From positions 1 through 64,000 of the IMG/VR virus record IMGVR_UViG_3300042558_003617: DNA of 64,000 nucleotides; one strand, written 5' to 3'. Below, in pieces: positions 1 through 10,702 of this stretch; position 1 is the first letter of the stretch; each line of letters opens with the position of its first letter. The translations under genes and the position numbers were made by a program. This DNA is from a virus. Below the pieces are notes generated by a model, which was not told the DNA's origin, did no database searches, and saw only the letters and a list, made by a program, of their open reading frames with translations.

Positions 1-1
1 T

Positions 2-3000
2 ACAATCTTTGTGGAACCTGGTAGCAATGTATTTGAACAGCGACAGCTATTGGTTGCTCCCGACGGCGATGAAGCGGTGCAGGGATTATTTGGTTCTTCT
101 GTAACCATGAGCCAAGATGAACGCTGGATGTACATCGGCGCTCCAGATGACAATGCAGTTTATGCATTTACTCGTGTTGATGTGCAATCTCAGTCAGTGA
201 CTTATATTGGTGATGGAATTACCACATCGTTCAACTGGAGCGACAGCCTAGTTATTGACTCAAACTATCCTGATCAATTGGCTGTGGTGTTAAACAATGT
301 ATTGTTGACTAACTCCACCGACTACACTGTTACTGCATCCACGGTAGAGCTTAACTCTACTCCTACAGTGGGGCAAAGAATTGTAATAACTCGCAGACAG
401 TTAACACAACTTGATCAACAAACATATACCGGTGTAGCTCCGTCAAGTACCAGCGGTGCTGGACTTGGCGCAGAGTTCACAGTTAACCGCGTGCGTGGCG
501 TGTACACTGTTACCTTGGAATCACCAGGTCAAGGTTACGCTGTTAACGACACCATTACAATTAATGCATCGGTTGTTGGCGGCGGAACAAGCCCGGCTAA
601 CAATATAACAATCACCGTGGATGCAGTTACTAATGTGTTGTCTGGTGAGATTAGTGAAATTTCCTACACCGGCAGTGGCGTGTCAAATACCAGTGTGTTT
701 GCGCTCAACCAAACTCTGGCCACAGCAACCTCGCTTCATTCCTTTACTGTGCGAGTGGGCGATATGTTGTATCGTCCAAATATTGATTACACGTTTGACC
801 CAGTCACTACTCAATTGACATTCGTTACTATTCCAGTACCTGGCGCAACAATCTTAGTTGACAGTAGTTCACATTTTGATTTTGTTGAAAAACTCACAGT
901 ACCGGGTATTGATGCTGACGCTCAATTTGGTAAATCGGTTAGTGCAACCACTACTGGTTCGCAAGTCATGATTGGTAGTCCAGATTCAGATGCAAATGAA
1001 GAAGGACTGGTTTATGTATTTGATCGTAGTTTAGAAAAGTTTACAGTCACAGATGCAACTCAGACTGAGTATACTACTCTAAACAGCATGTTGACTCCAG
1101 GATTTGTTGCTGTGTCTGTCAACGGTGTTTATTTGTTGCAGACTGGATTAAACATTGGTGGAACATACAGTGTGGACACTGGCACCAAAACTGTTACAAT
1201 TACTTCTCCTCTAGCAGTTGGAGATATTATACAAATTGAAACCAATCAATTTAGTCTGTTGCAAACCATACAGTCAAATAACCCAGTGGCTGCGGCAAGA
1301 TTTGGCCTAAAAGTTGATCAGTGTGTGAATGATTGCAGTCTGTATATTTCGTCACCATATGATTCAGCTATTCTTTCACAAGCCGGCAAAGTTGAAGTGT
1401 ATCGAAATCAAGCTCGTCTCTACGGAACAATAAGCACCACTGTTGCAAACCCAGTTTTGACAGAGGATGACTACATTCGAATTGATGATTATTTTGTCAA
1501 ATGCACCGGTACTACTATTGCTGACTTGATACTTGATATCAATACTGCTGGTATACCCAATGTAATTGCAATGCCCACTGAGGATCTAGTGTTGCAAGGC
1601 GACGGTACAACCCGCGTGTTTGATATTGGTACCACCTATACAGATGCTTCTAGTTACACCACAGTGGTATACATTGAGGATGTGTTGCAGACATATGGCA
1701 GTGATTACACCTACGATAATACTGTTCAACAGATTACATTCACAATTCCGCCATACAATACTGCAGACATCACTGTGGTTTCTGGACGCATGATGCTGAA
1801 TGTTAAAAATATTCAATCAACTCAGCGATTTAACAGAATGTCAGTTTTGCCAGGGTCGGGCACACTGTTTAATGATCTAGGATTAACTGTTTATTCTTGG
1901 GCTCAGGAGATTGTTAGCCCAGTACCGCAAACTCAAGCAAACTTTGGCCTGGGTCTATTCATCAGCGACGACACCCAAACTTTGATAGTGGGTGCTCCAA
2001 ATGGTAACATGATTGCCCCAACAACATTTGATGCTGGCAATACATATTTTGACTCGTACAGCACACCTTTTGCTGATCCAGTTCAGCAGAGTGGAGCCGT
2101 GTATGAATATGATTTGCTAACCGCAGTTGACGAATCGATAACTAACCCGGCAAAATTTGTATTTGGCCAGCAGTTTGTAAATAGCAGTTTGCAACCATTA
2201 GATAACTTTGGTGCTGCAATCGATTACACTACTGGTGTTATGTTGATCGGTGCCCCTGGATCAGATCTTGGAGACAGTAGCCTGTCAAACTTTGGCCAGG
2301 TATTACAATATCACAATCCAAATTTATTGCCAGCTTGGATACCTGTTAGAGTGCAACAGCCGGTGGTTGATGTTAACTTACTCAATACCATATTCATGTA
2401 TGATCGTGTGAGCAGCTCGCCACAGGAGTATTTTGACTTTTTTGACCCATTACAAGGCCGATTGTTGGGCGTGGTGCGTCAGAACATAGATTTTATTGGT
2501 GCAGTGGACCCGGCAACATACAACACGGGCAGTGTGAATAATTTTGGCCAACAATGGGGGCAATCTCGTGTTGGACAGGTCTGGTGGAATACATCAAATG
2601 TGAGATTTATTGATCCACACCAAAATGATATTGTGTATGCGAGCCGACGCTGGGGACAAATATTCCCTGGTAGCAAAGTTGAAATGTATCAGTGGATAGT
2701 AAGTCCATTGCCCCCAGCAGAGTACGTTGGACCAGGCACCCCGTACAGTATCACCAGCTATGATGTGACCACATCAGTTAATCTTCAAGGATTTATTGAA
2801 ACACAATATTACTTCTGGGTCACTGGTATTGCAGAAACAGCAACAGTTGCTGGTAAAACACTGAGTATTAATACATTAACCAACTACATTGAAAATCCGC
2901 GCAGTAGTGGTATTAGTTATCTTGCTCCAATAGATGCCAGCACAGTGGCCATTTACAATGGTTTACAGTATATCTCTGCACAGGACACTGTGCTGTATAT

Positions 3001-6000
3001 AGAGTATGATCAACAAGCAACAGATGCAGCAGTGCACGTTGAGTATCAGCTGATTGCACAAGACCGTCCAGATGCGTTCCTGGATGCATCCTTGTATCGA
3101 AAATTCCTTGACAGCATGACCGGATCTGACTCAGCTGGTAATGCTGTGCCTGACCCGTTGCTGAGTCCTAGCGAGCAATACGGTATTGAATATCGCCCAC
3201 GTCAGAGCATGTTTGTTAATCGATTCCTTGCACTGAAAAACTATATTCAGCAAACCAACGCAGTGCTGGCCCTGTATCCAATAACCGAGATTCGATCATT
3301 TAATTTACTAAACAGTGCAGAGCCTGAACCAGCTGCAACTACCGGAGCTTGGGACAAGAGAGTGTCCAATATTGAAGAATTAGGATACCAAGACCTGCTT
3401 GAAGTTCCAATTGGCTATCGATATCTTGTGGTTAGTGATAGTACCAATAGTGGTTTCTGGACAATCTATCAAGTGGTTGCTGGAATTTTACCAGGCGAGC
3501 GTAATCTAAGTTTAGCACGAGTGCAAAACTATGATACCAAAATATACTGGTCTCGTATTGATTGGTTTAAGGCCAATTACAATCCATTGACACGCATTTT
3601 ACTAGAAGTGCCCAATGTTTCTTCACTAGACACGATCACAGTACCGACTGGCAGTGCAGTCAAGGTAACTGCTAATGCTCAAAACTTGTGGGAAATTTAT
3701 GTCTATACCGGCACCAGCTGGGAACGTGTGGCACTACAACGCGGCACTATTGAGATATCTCCTGCATTGTGGGATTATAACCTGGGACGATTTGGATTTG
3801 ATAGCGAAGTATTTGACGCACAGTACTATGACGAAGCCCCGATTACCGAAACTCGAAAGATTCTTGAAGCAATCAATCAGGAGTTGTTTATTGGAGAATT
3901 ATTAATTGAACGTAATCGGTTGTTAATGCTGATGTTTAATTACATCCTCAGTGAACAACAAGCACCAAATTGGCTAACCAAGACCAGCTTGATTGATGTT
4001 GATCATACCATTCGAAATCTTGTGCCATACCAAGTGTACCGCCAAGACAATCAAAACTTTGTATTGGACTACATTAACGAAGTCAAGCCATACCATGTTC
4101 AAATAAGAGAATTTAATTTGAAGTACCAAGGATTTGACCAATATCTTGGTAGCGTGACTGATTTTGATTTACCAGCATACTGGGATGCCGCCGAGCAACT
4201 GTTTGTTAGTCCGGTACTAGACAATACTGGCAACTTGAGTACAACCAGCAGCCGCCCAAGCACTGATCCTGTGTGGACTACATTCCCCTGGAATCAATGG
4301 TATCAGAACTATCTATTGAGTATTGAAAATGTTGGGATAGTGTCTGGCGGCACTGGATATATTACTCAACCCACAGTGACTGTTACTGGTGATTGTATTA
4401 CACCTGCCACAATGACTGCACAAATCAACAGCGCAGGCCAAGTGGTGGCAATTAATGTTGTATCTGCAGGCGAGGGATATTCCACCACTGCAATAATTAC
4501 CATAACAGGTGGCGGTGGTTCAGGTGCAAGTGCAGTGGCTTACATGGGCAACTCTCGTGTGCGTAGTTTAACAACAACCATGCGATATGATCGTTATCAG
4601 TATACTCCAACTGTGGTTCCGTGGCAATCTGGGGTGATATACACAGAGGGTACCATGGTACGTTATGCAGATCGAGTATGGTCAGCAAACGCACAAGTAC
4701 AGACAACAACATTTGACCCAACAGATTGGACAGTGGTGCCCGCTGGTGATCTAACTGGTGTTGATCGCACCATGGGATATTATGCACCCACTCCTGATCA
4801 GCCTGGCCTAGATCTAGCATTATTGATCAGTGGCATTGATTACCCAGGTGTGCAAGTAATGGGTCCAGGGTTTGACCAAAATACTGGATTTGATGTTGGA
4901 AACTTTGACATCAACCCGTTTGACAATATCTCGTATGATGCTGAGGGTATCCCAACTTACGATCCAGCTATTTTAGATGCAGCGTACAGCAGTTCGTTCT
5001 TGGATCCGTACCTCGGAACACTCCCTACGGACATCAATGTTGACGGTGGTGCATTTGTTGACACATACGAGAGTCATGCTCCAGAAGAGTTGGTGCCAGG
5101 TATCACATATGATACACTTGACATGCGTGTGTATACCACACCGGGGGCTGACTGGATAGGTGATGGACACGGCTGGCCAGAAAAAGATCGTAACTATATT
5201 TTTGATGGCAGCAGTTTGAGTTTTGTTGGATTGTTAAACAATGCAATTGCACTAAATGTATACAATCTAACCACTGGGGTTGATCTAGCACTTGGCACTG
5301 ATTACACAGTTAATTGGGTAAATTCTACAGTTACAATTATCAGTGCAAATGCCAGCCTTGGTGATGTGCTCACTATTGCGGCGTATTCCCTGGGCGGCGG
5401 TAATCAGTTGTTTACACAAACATACTTGGGATCCGATATTGGGTCTACAGTGGTAATCCCAATGACCTATAGTTTGATTGATAGTTTAGTGGTGTTTGTG
5501 AATGGTGTTCAAGTATCTAACTTTACATCAAGTGCAGACTCCACCGTAAACACATTGATTACATTTAGCAGTGCATTTACTTCAACAGACAGTGTGACAA
5601 TAACAGCTCTTGGTGCTGAGGTTGGCGGTACATGGAGCTTGCCAGTGACTCAGTACATCTACAGCACTGGTGCGCTGACTTACACACTGACCAACAGCAT
5701 GATGGGAACCAACCCAGTTAATGTGGTAGTAAACAAAAATGGCACAAGAGCTCGTCCTGCAGAAGGGATAGACTATGTTGGAGATGGAGTCACTGTTTAT
5801 TATGATCTACCAACTACGGGTGGGTATAGCTTGAATCTTGTGGCTGACAACGATGTTGCAGTGTATGTCAACAACGTTGCACAAGTACTGGGAGTTGACT
5901 TTACAGTTGATCCAGCTGACGATAGCACACAACGAGCAATTGAATTTGCTACACCGCCAGCCAACTTATCAAATATATTGATATCTGTTAGAACCAAAGC

Positions 6001-7108
6001 ACAGTATTGGGTAGTGGGCAATCAGATCACATTCCAACCAAGTCAGGGTTTGATTCCTGTAGTAGGAGATGTTATTTCGGTTACTTCATGGAACGACACT
6101 ACCCAACAACAATTGCTAACACAAGTATTTGTGGGCCCGAATGAATCAGGGCTAGTGATAACTGAAGGATACAGCGATACCCTGTACGACACTGGCAATA
6201 CCACCGGCGAGCCAGGCTCGTATGACTATCAAAGTGGTACATTGATTCAGAACAATCAATTTGACACTGGACGTCTAATACTCAAACCTGAACGTTTGAT
6301 TGTTACTCTTGATGGACGATACTTGTCTTCGGGACGTGACTTTGTGGTTGATGGGTCGTTGGTTATTTTGAATAATCCAGTAATTGGCGCATCTCAAGTG
6401 GTGGTAATTACAAGCATGACAAATCAAGTGGTACCAGAAGCCATGGCATTCCGCATATTCCAAGACATGCGAGGACTACAGCGCACCTATCGAATCACAC
6501 CTGCCACGACAACCCAAGTTGCAGTGGCTTTGAGTGCAAGTGATGACATAATTTATGTCAGTGATGTGACAGCCTTGCCTGAACCAAATCTGCCCCTGGG
6601 TATTTTTGGGTATATCACAATTGATGGCGAACGCATTACCTATCGCAACCGCGATACTGCAAACAACACAGTTAGTGGTCTGCGCCGTGGTACTGCCGGA
6701 ACCGCAGCCGCACCACATGCAGTTGGAGCCGCAGTATATGACATTGGTAGTGGTAATTTACTAATATCTGAATACCAAAACTATATAGTTAATGAAAACT
6801 TCCTAGGCGATGGAACAACCACAGTGTTTGAAACTGAATCAATATCGGTATCTGGATTGGATTCTACTGAAATCCTAGAAGCAGTTGAAGTACGAATTGG
6901 TGGCACACTACAGTCCTCGGGATACAGCATTATCAATTCTAACCCAGTTACTGTGGAATTTGATCAAGCACCTGAATCTGGATATCAAGTGTCTATCAGT
7001 TTACTACGTGGGAAAAGCTGGTATCAATTGGGAGCAGGCACAGCTAGCGATGGTGTTCCATTACAAGATACCGATACCTATGCCGCAAGGTTTTTGCGCG
7101 GAGAATAA
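2..7108 (+). CDS. Very large virion structural protein (baseplate wedge/tail-associated), 5'-truncated by the window
   Basis: >2365 aa; the frame is open to the window edge; FG-GAP-like repeats (FGxSV...IGAP), repeated 'GDGxTTxF...DYT' modules and 'G.GY' repeats typical of jumbo-phage structural proteins. Confidence 0.75.
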   Translation, partial: TIFVEPGSNVFEQRQLLVAPDGDEAVQGLFGSSVTMSQDERWMYIGAPDDNAVYAFTRVDVQSQSVTYIGDGITTSFNWSDSLVIDSNYPDQLAVVLNNVLLTNSTDYTVTASTVELNSTPTVGQRIVITRRQLTQLDQQTYTGVAPSSTSGAGLGAEFTVNRVRGVYTVTLESPGQGYAVNDTITINASVVGGGTSPANNITITVDAVTNVLSGEISEISYTGSGVSNTSVFALNQTLATATSLHSFTVRVGDMLYRPNIDYTFDPVTTQLTFVTIPVPGATILVDSSSHFDFVEKLTVPGIDADAQFGKSVSATTTGSQVMIGSPDSDANEEGLVYVFDRSLEKFTVTDATQTEYTTLNSMLTPGFVAVSVNGVYLLQTGLNIGGTYSVDTGTKTVTITSPLAVGDIIQIETNQFSLLQTIQSNNPVAAARFGLKVDQCVNDCSLYISSPYDSAILSQAGKVEVYRNQARLYGTISTTVANPVLTEDDYIRIDDYFVKCTGTTIADLILDINTAGIPNVIAMPTEDLVLQGDGTTRVFDIGTTYTDASSYTTVVYIEDVLQTYGSDYTYDNTVQQITFTIPPYNTADITVVSGRMMLNVKNIQSTQRFNRMSVLPGSGTLFNDLGLTVYSWAQEIVSPVPQTQANFGLGLFISDDTQTLIVGAPNGNMIAPTTFDAGNTYFDSYSTPFADPVQQSGAVYEYDLLTAVDESITNPAKFVFGQQFVNSSLQPLDNFGAAIDYTTGVMLIGAPGSDLGDSSLSNFGQVLQYHNPNLLPAWIPVRVQQPVVDVNLLNTIFMYDRVSSSPQEYFDFFDPLQGRLLGVVRQNIDFIGAVDPATYNTGSVNNFGQQWGQSRVGQVWWNTSNVRFIDPHQNDIVYASRRWGQIFPGSKVEMYQWIVSPLPPAEYVGPGTPYSITSYDVTTSVNLQGFIETQYYFWVTGIAETATVAGKTLSINTLTNYIENPRSSGISYLAPIDASTVAIYNGLQYISAQDTVLYIEYDQQATDAAVHVEYQLIAQDRPDAFLDASLYRKFLDSMTGSDSAGNAVPDPLLSPSEQYGIEYRPRQSMFVNRFLALKNYIQQTNAVLALYPITEIRSFNLLNSAEPEPAATTGAWDKRVSNIEELGYQDLLEVPIGYRYLVVSDSTNSGFWTIYQVVAGILPGERNLSLARVQNYDTKIYWSRIDWFKANYNPLTRILLEVPNVSSLDTITVPTGSAVKVTANAQNLWEIYVYTGTSWERVALQRGTIEISPALWDYNLGRFGFDSEVFDAQYYDEAPITETRKILEAINQELFIGELLIERNRLLMLMFNYILSEQQAPNWLTKTSLIDVDHTIRNLVPYQVYRQDNQNFVLDYINEVKPYHVQIREFNLKYQGFDQYLGSVTDFDLPAYWDAAEQLFVSPVLDNTGNLSTTSSRPSTDPVWTTFPWNQWYQNYLLSIENVGIVSGGTGYITQPTVTVTGDCITPATMTAQINSAGQVVAINVVSAGEGYSTTAIITITGGGGSGASAVAYMGNSRVRSLTTTMRYDRYQYTPTVVPWQSGVIYTEGTMVRYADRVWSANAQVQTTTFDPTDWTVVPAGDLTGVDRTMGYYAPTPDQPGLDLALLISGIDYPGVQVMGPGFDQNTGFDVGNFDINPFDNISYDAEGIPTYDPAILDAAYSSSFLDPYLGTLPTDINVDGGAFVDTYESHAPEELVPGITYDTLDMRVYTTPGADWIGDGHGWPEKDRNYIFDGSSLSFVGLLNNAIALNVYNLTTGVDLALGTDYTVNWVNSTVTIISANASLGDVLTIAAYSLGGGNQLFTQTYLGSDIGSTVVIPMTYSLIDSLVVFVNGVQVSNFTSSADSTVNTLITFSSAFTSTDSVTITALGAEVGGTWSLPVTQYIYSTGALTYTLTNSMMGTNPVNVVVNKNGTRARPAEGIDYVGDGVTVYYDLPTTGGYSLNLVADNDVAVYVNNVAQVLGVDFTVDPADDSTQRAIEFATPPANLSNILISVRTKAQYWVVGNQITFQPSQGLIPVVGDVISVTSWNDTTQQQLLTQVFVGPNESGLVITEGYSDTLYDTGNTTGEPGSYDYQSGTLIQNNQFDTGRLILKPERLIVTLDGRYLSSGRDFVVDGSLVILNNPVIGASQVVVITSMTNQVVPEAMAFRIFQDMRGLQRTYRITPATTTQVAVALSASDDIIYVSDVTALPEPNLPLGIFGYITIDGERITYRNRDTANNTVSGLRRGTAGTAAAPHAVGAAVYDIGSGNLLISEYQNYIVNENFLGDGTTTVFETESISVSGLDSTEILEAVEVRIGGTLQSSGYSIINSNPVTVEFDQAPESGYQVSISLLRGKSWYQLGAGTASDGVPLQDTDTYAARFLRGE

Positions 7109-7114
7109 AGGACA

Positions 7115-7120
7115 TAAATA
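7115..7120 (+). promoter_or_regulatory. T4-like late promoter core TAAATA (further copies at 7877 and 7902)
   Basis: TAAATA immediately upstream of structural genes; resembles the T4 gp55 late promoter TATAAATA. Confidence 0.6.
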
Positions 7121-7124
7121 AAAC

Positions 7125-7277
7125 ATGATGCCCCAAGACAACAATATTAATAATGCCCCAAACACACCCGAGCGTAAACCAGCTCGGCCCGACGACCAAG
7201 GCAACATACAGCTTGCAGCCTACGTTCGTGTGTTTGATCCAAACACACAAGAAGTACTAGTGGAGGCTCGGTCATGA
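7125..7277 (+). CDS. Small 50-aa protein (not in ORF track), similar to the N-terminus of the next gene
   Basis: MMPQDNN...AYVRVFDPNTQEVLVEARS*; ATGA overlap with the gene at 7274; follows TAAATA. Confidence 0.65.
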   Translation: MMPQDNNINNAPNTPERKPARPDDQGNIQLAAYVRVFDPNTQEVLVEARS

Positions 7278-7879
7278 TGCCACTAATTCCAGTCGCAGTG
7301 CAGGGATTCTTAAAGATCTACGACCCCAACAACGGGGAAACATTCGTTGACAAGAAAAATGCAATTCATTATGAAAATATGAGTATTGCATTGGCCCAGA
7401 GCATTGCCAATAAAGACCTTGGCTATATCTATGCCATGGCATTTGGCAACGGTGGCAGTAGCGTGGATCCAACAGGGGTCATTACATATCTGCCCCCTAA
7501 CGTAACTGGTCAAAACGCCGACTTGTACAACCAAACTTTTATCAAGGTAGTTGATGACAATTCTGCTGCCAATACAGACCCAACCCGCAACAAGCTCACA
7601 GTGTTGCACACTTCTGGGCAAGTGTACACTGACGTTTTGGTCACTTGTTTGCTAGATTACGGTGAACCAGCTGGGCAACAAGCATTTGACAACAGCACAA
7701 ACTTCAATGGTGAATACGTGTTTGATGAGCTGGGATTAAAAGCCTGGGAAGGTTCTTCAAGCAATCTTATGCTTTTGACTCACGTGATATTTCATCCTGT
7801 GCAAAAAAGCTTAAATAGGCAAATACAAATAGATTATACTGTGCGCATTCAGACGTTAACTAACTTGAGTGCAGCATAA
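7274..7879 (+). CDS. Putative virion structural (baseplate/tail) protein
   Basis: 201 aa in the structural operon; 'FDELGL...LLTHVIFHPVQK' resembles phage tail-collar/baseplate proteins. Confidence 0.6.
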   Translation: MMPLIPVAVQGFLKIYDPNNGETFVDKKNAIHYENMSIALAQSIANKDLGYIYAMAFGNGGSSVDPTGVITYLPPNVTGQNADLYNQTFIKVVDDNSAANTDPTRNKLTVLHTSGQVYTDVLVTCLLDYGEPAGQQAFDNSTNFNGEYVFDELGLKAWEGSSSNLMLLTHVIFHPVQKSLNRQIQIDYTVRIQTLTNLSAA

Positions 7880-7930
7880 ATATGAATATAGAATTCGCCC
7901 ATAAATACTGAAATGACGGAGTAACGATAA

Positions 7931-9325
7931 ATGGCATATACAATCAATTTAACTGACGGCAGCATTTTTGCTACCATTGCAGATGGTACAATTAACACCG
8001 CTAGTAGCATGATCTTAGTGGGTAAAAACTATGCCGGCTACGGCGAGTTTTTAGACGAAAACTTCATGCACTTGCTAGAGTGTGGTGCTAATACCACTGC
8101 ACCTAGCGCACCGCTTACAGGACAACTGTGGTGGGACAAAACCAATAACGTCATGAAAGTGTACAACGGTACAACTTTCAAAGTTATTTCAGCATCAACT
8201 GCATCATCTACTGCGCCCGTCAGCAATGTGGCTGGAGATCTTTGGTTTGACACTGTCAATCAACAGTTGAAAGTTTACAATGGTGCTGCTTTTATTCTGG
8301 TTGGTCCAGCATCAACTTCCGGACAAGGAACATCGGGCGCAATTGTTACCACACTAACAGATAACCTCAGCGTAAATCACGTAGTTATTCAACTGTACGT
8401 TCAAGACACACTGGTTGGGTTGATATCAAAGGATGCTACGTTTACTCCAGTACCAAGCATTACTGGTTTTGCAACAATCAGTCCTGGTATCCAGCTCAGC
8501 ACAACAGTATCAAACGCACTGTTCCGTGGAACAGCTACTGATGCACAAAGTCTTGGCGGATTCACAAGTTCAGAATTTATACGCAACAATACCAACGGCA
8601 CCACATCGGGCACACTAGGCGTCCTGAATGATTCAGGACTGACAGTTGGTGTTGACCAAGACGCAAAAATTTCTGTCAACACCGGCACATCAGAAGTTAC
8701 ATTACAGAATCAAACACAAGATGCCAACTTATCTGTCAAGGTAAATGACGGCGGTGTTACTACCACAGTTATGTTGGTTAATGGAGCAACATCGGTTGTG
8801 TCATTCCCAACTACTCTGTCACTTAATTCGGCAGCTGGAGCAACTGCTCTTATAAATGCAGCCGGTAACGGTGTGGGCAATATTGGCAGTTCCAGCAGTT
8901 ACTTCAACACGGTTTTTGCCCAGGCCACTTCAGCACAATACGCTGACGTGGCTGAACGTTTTGCAGCCGATGCGTACCTAGAGCCAGGCACTGTGGTCGA
9001 ACTTGGCGGCACAAATGAAATTACAATGAGCATTTCTGATCTTAGCGAAGAAGTGTTTGGCGTTGTGAGTACGAATGCAGCGTATCTAATGAATTCTGGT
9101 GCCGGCAACGACCAAACACACCCACCAATTGCTATGACTGGACGTGTGCCAGTCAAGGTCAACGGAGTGGTGCGCAAAGGTGATCGCCTTGTGTCAGCAG
9201 GTGCTGGAACAGCCCGAGCTGCACTACCTGGCGAAGCAACGGCATTCAACGTGATTGGCCGTGCATTAGAAGCCAAAACAACTACTGGACTTGGCCTGGT
9301 CGAATCCATAGTAACAATCAAATAA
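7931..9325 (+). CDS. Tail fibre-like protein with a C-terminal autocleaving/chaperone-type domain
   Basis: 'GQLWWD'/'GDLWFD' fibre repeats; C-terminal 'YADVAE...GVVS...IAMTGRVPVKV.G.V.KGDRLV' domain. Confidence 0.7.
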   Translation: MAYTINLTDGSIFATIADGTINTASSMILVGKNYAGYGEFLDENFMHLLECGANTTAPSAPLTGQLWWDKTNNVMKVYNGTTFKVISASTASSTAPVSNVAGDLWFDTVNQQLKVYNGAAFILVGPASTSGQGTSGAIVTTLTDNLSVNHVVIQLYVQDTLVGLISKDATFTPVPSITGFATISPGIQLSTTVSNALFRGTATDAQSLGGFTSSEFIRNNTNGTTSGTLGVLNDSGLTVGVDQDAKISVNTGTSEVTLQNQTQDANLSVKVNDGGVTTTVMLVNGATSVVSFPTTLSLNSAAGATALINAAGNGVGNIGSSSSYFNTVFAQATSAQYADVAERFAADAYLEPGTVVELGGTNEITMSISDLSEEVFGVVSTNAAYLMNSGAGNDQTHPPIAMTGRVPVKVNGVVRKGDRLVSAGAGTARAALPGEATAFNVIGRALEAKTTTGLGLVESIVTIK

Positions 9326-9335
9326 GGTAAAACAA

Positions 9336-10328
9336 ATGACATATTCATCAGGCGGATTAATCCAAGCAACAGATTACAACGGATTTGCTAGTACCACATC
9401 TGGTGCCAACGTCAACAACGTGTGGAGCACCGGATCAGGCGATAGTGGATGGGGACAAACTGCACTCTCAACTGTGACCGGCGGATCAACCGTTGTAACA
9501 GCTACACAGTGGGCAGGCCTAGTCAACAACATAGCTAGTATGGGCGCACAAACTGGCACAACCATAACATCAAGATCCGCACCCACAACAGGTCAGACCA
9601 TTAGTATTTTGGCAGCAATCAACACAGACTTGACCAACATCACACCCAATCGTGGCAACGCTGCCGCCAGCGGCACAACCAGTTCAACATGGACCGGTAG
9701 TAGCGCCAAAACAACGGGCACTGGTTCAGGTGCCAGCGCCTGGACTATCACGTTCACGCACACAGTTACTTTCCCCAGTGCTGATCAAGCAAGATACTTC
9801 TGGAATGCAGGTGGACTTGTACGCTTGGACATGAGCAAAACATCAACCGGCACAGACGCTGACCCAGACTGGAACACTCTTATTGGTACAGTTGGTACCT
9901 TGTACATGAGTGGTCGTGTAAACAGTGCGGCGCAGACCATTGCTGGCCAAAGCTACACAGGCTTTACTCGAATTGGTGGATCAGGCACACCTAGTCCAAA
10001 CTTGACCACAACTGGCTGGTACACACTAACAGCCGGTGCCGCTGCCACAACAATGTTCCAGTTGACCTCAACAGTTTCCCCTTATACTTCTGACTTTGTT
10101 AGAGTCACTGCCGCAAAAAATGCTGGATCAACTACGCTTACATTTGTTACCACTTGGTCAGATTCAGGATCAGGTCAAACATCTAACATCAGTGGTGGAA
10201 CAGACACTGCCAGCCCATTCTCTTCGTTTGGTACAGCACCGGCTGTGGTATGTCGTTTTGTTCCACCAGCAACCACAAACTTGACCAACAGCTGGGGAAC
10301 TCCTACTATTGCAGCCAGTGTAAGTTAA
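9336..10328 (+). CDS. Thr/Ser/Gly-rich virion structural protein
   Basis: 330 aa with 'ARYFWNAGG' motif; last gene before a terminator. Confidence 0.6.
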   Translation: MTYSSGGLIQATDYNGFASTTSGANVNNVWSTGSGDSGWGQTALSTVTGGSTVVTATQWAGLVNNIASMGAQTGTTITSRSAPTTGQTISILAAINTDLTNITPNRGNAAASGTTSSTWTGSSAKTTGTGSGASAWTITFTHTVTFPSADQARYFWNAGGLVRLDMSKTSTGTDADPDWNTLIGTVGTLYMSGRVNSAAQTIAGQSYTGFTRIGGSGTPSPNLTTTGWYTLTAGAAATTMFQLTSTVSPYTSDFVRVTAAKNAGSTTLTFVTTWSDSGSGQTSNISGGTDTASPFSSFGTAPAVVCRFVPPATTNLTNSWGTPTIAASVS

Positions 10329-10343
10329 TTGATGCAATTGTCC

Positions 10344-10370
10344 AAAAGGGCCGCAAGGCCCTTTTATTTT
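10344..10370 (+). terminator. Intrinsic terminator
   Basis: AAAAGGGCC-GCAA-GGCCCTTTT followed by a T-rich tract. Confidence 0.85.
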
Positions 10371-10396
10371 GTCAAAAAATCCTGTATAATTACTAG

Positions 10397-10702
10397 ATGA
10401 ATACTGCGCAACTTATTGAACACGGCCGTGCAAGATTTGAACACACAGCGGCCAAGCAACTGCTAAAAGAAAAATACCTAGCTAGGATGTTGTTTGCCTA
10501 TCGCGGAGGCATGTGGCGAGCTGGTCCCGAGCTACAAACCACACTGTTAACCTGCCCAGATGCAACCGCAGTGATTCTGGACCTGTACGAAAACCCTGTT
10601 CAAGTTGATACCAAAGAGCTGTACGCACAAAGCCAACAACGCTGGCAAGAGCAAATGAATGCTTGGCTAATAGAGCACGAAGAGAACAACAAAAAACGAT
10701 GA
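10397..10702 (+). CDS. Hypothetical phage protein
   Basis: 101 aa ORF; TATAAT 6 nt upstream; ATGA coupling to the next gene. Confidence 0.7.
   Translation: MNTAQLIEHGRARFEHTAAKQLLKEKYLARMLFAYRGGMWRAGPELQTTLLTCPDATAVILDLYENPVQVDTKELYAQSQQRWQEQMNAWLIEHEENNKKR

Noticed and set aside
621-6718. Short ORFs nested in or antisense to the giant structural gene (and similar ones throughout the window)
   Set aside because: Fully overlapped by a long, motif-bearing gene; no independent signals
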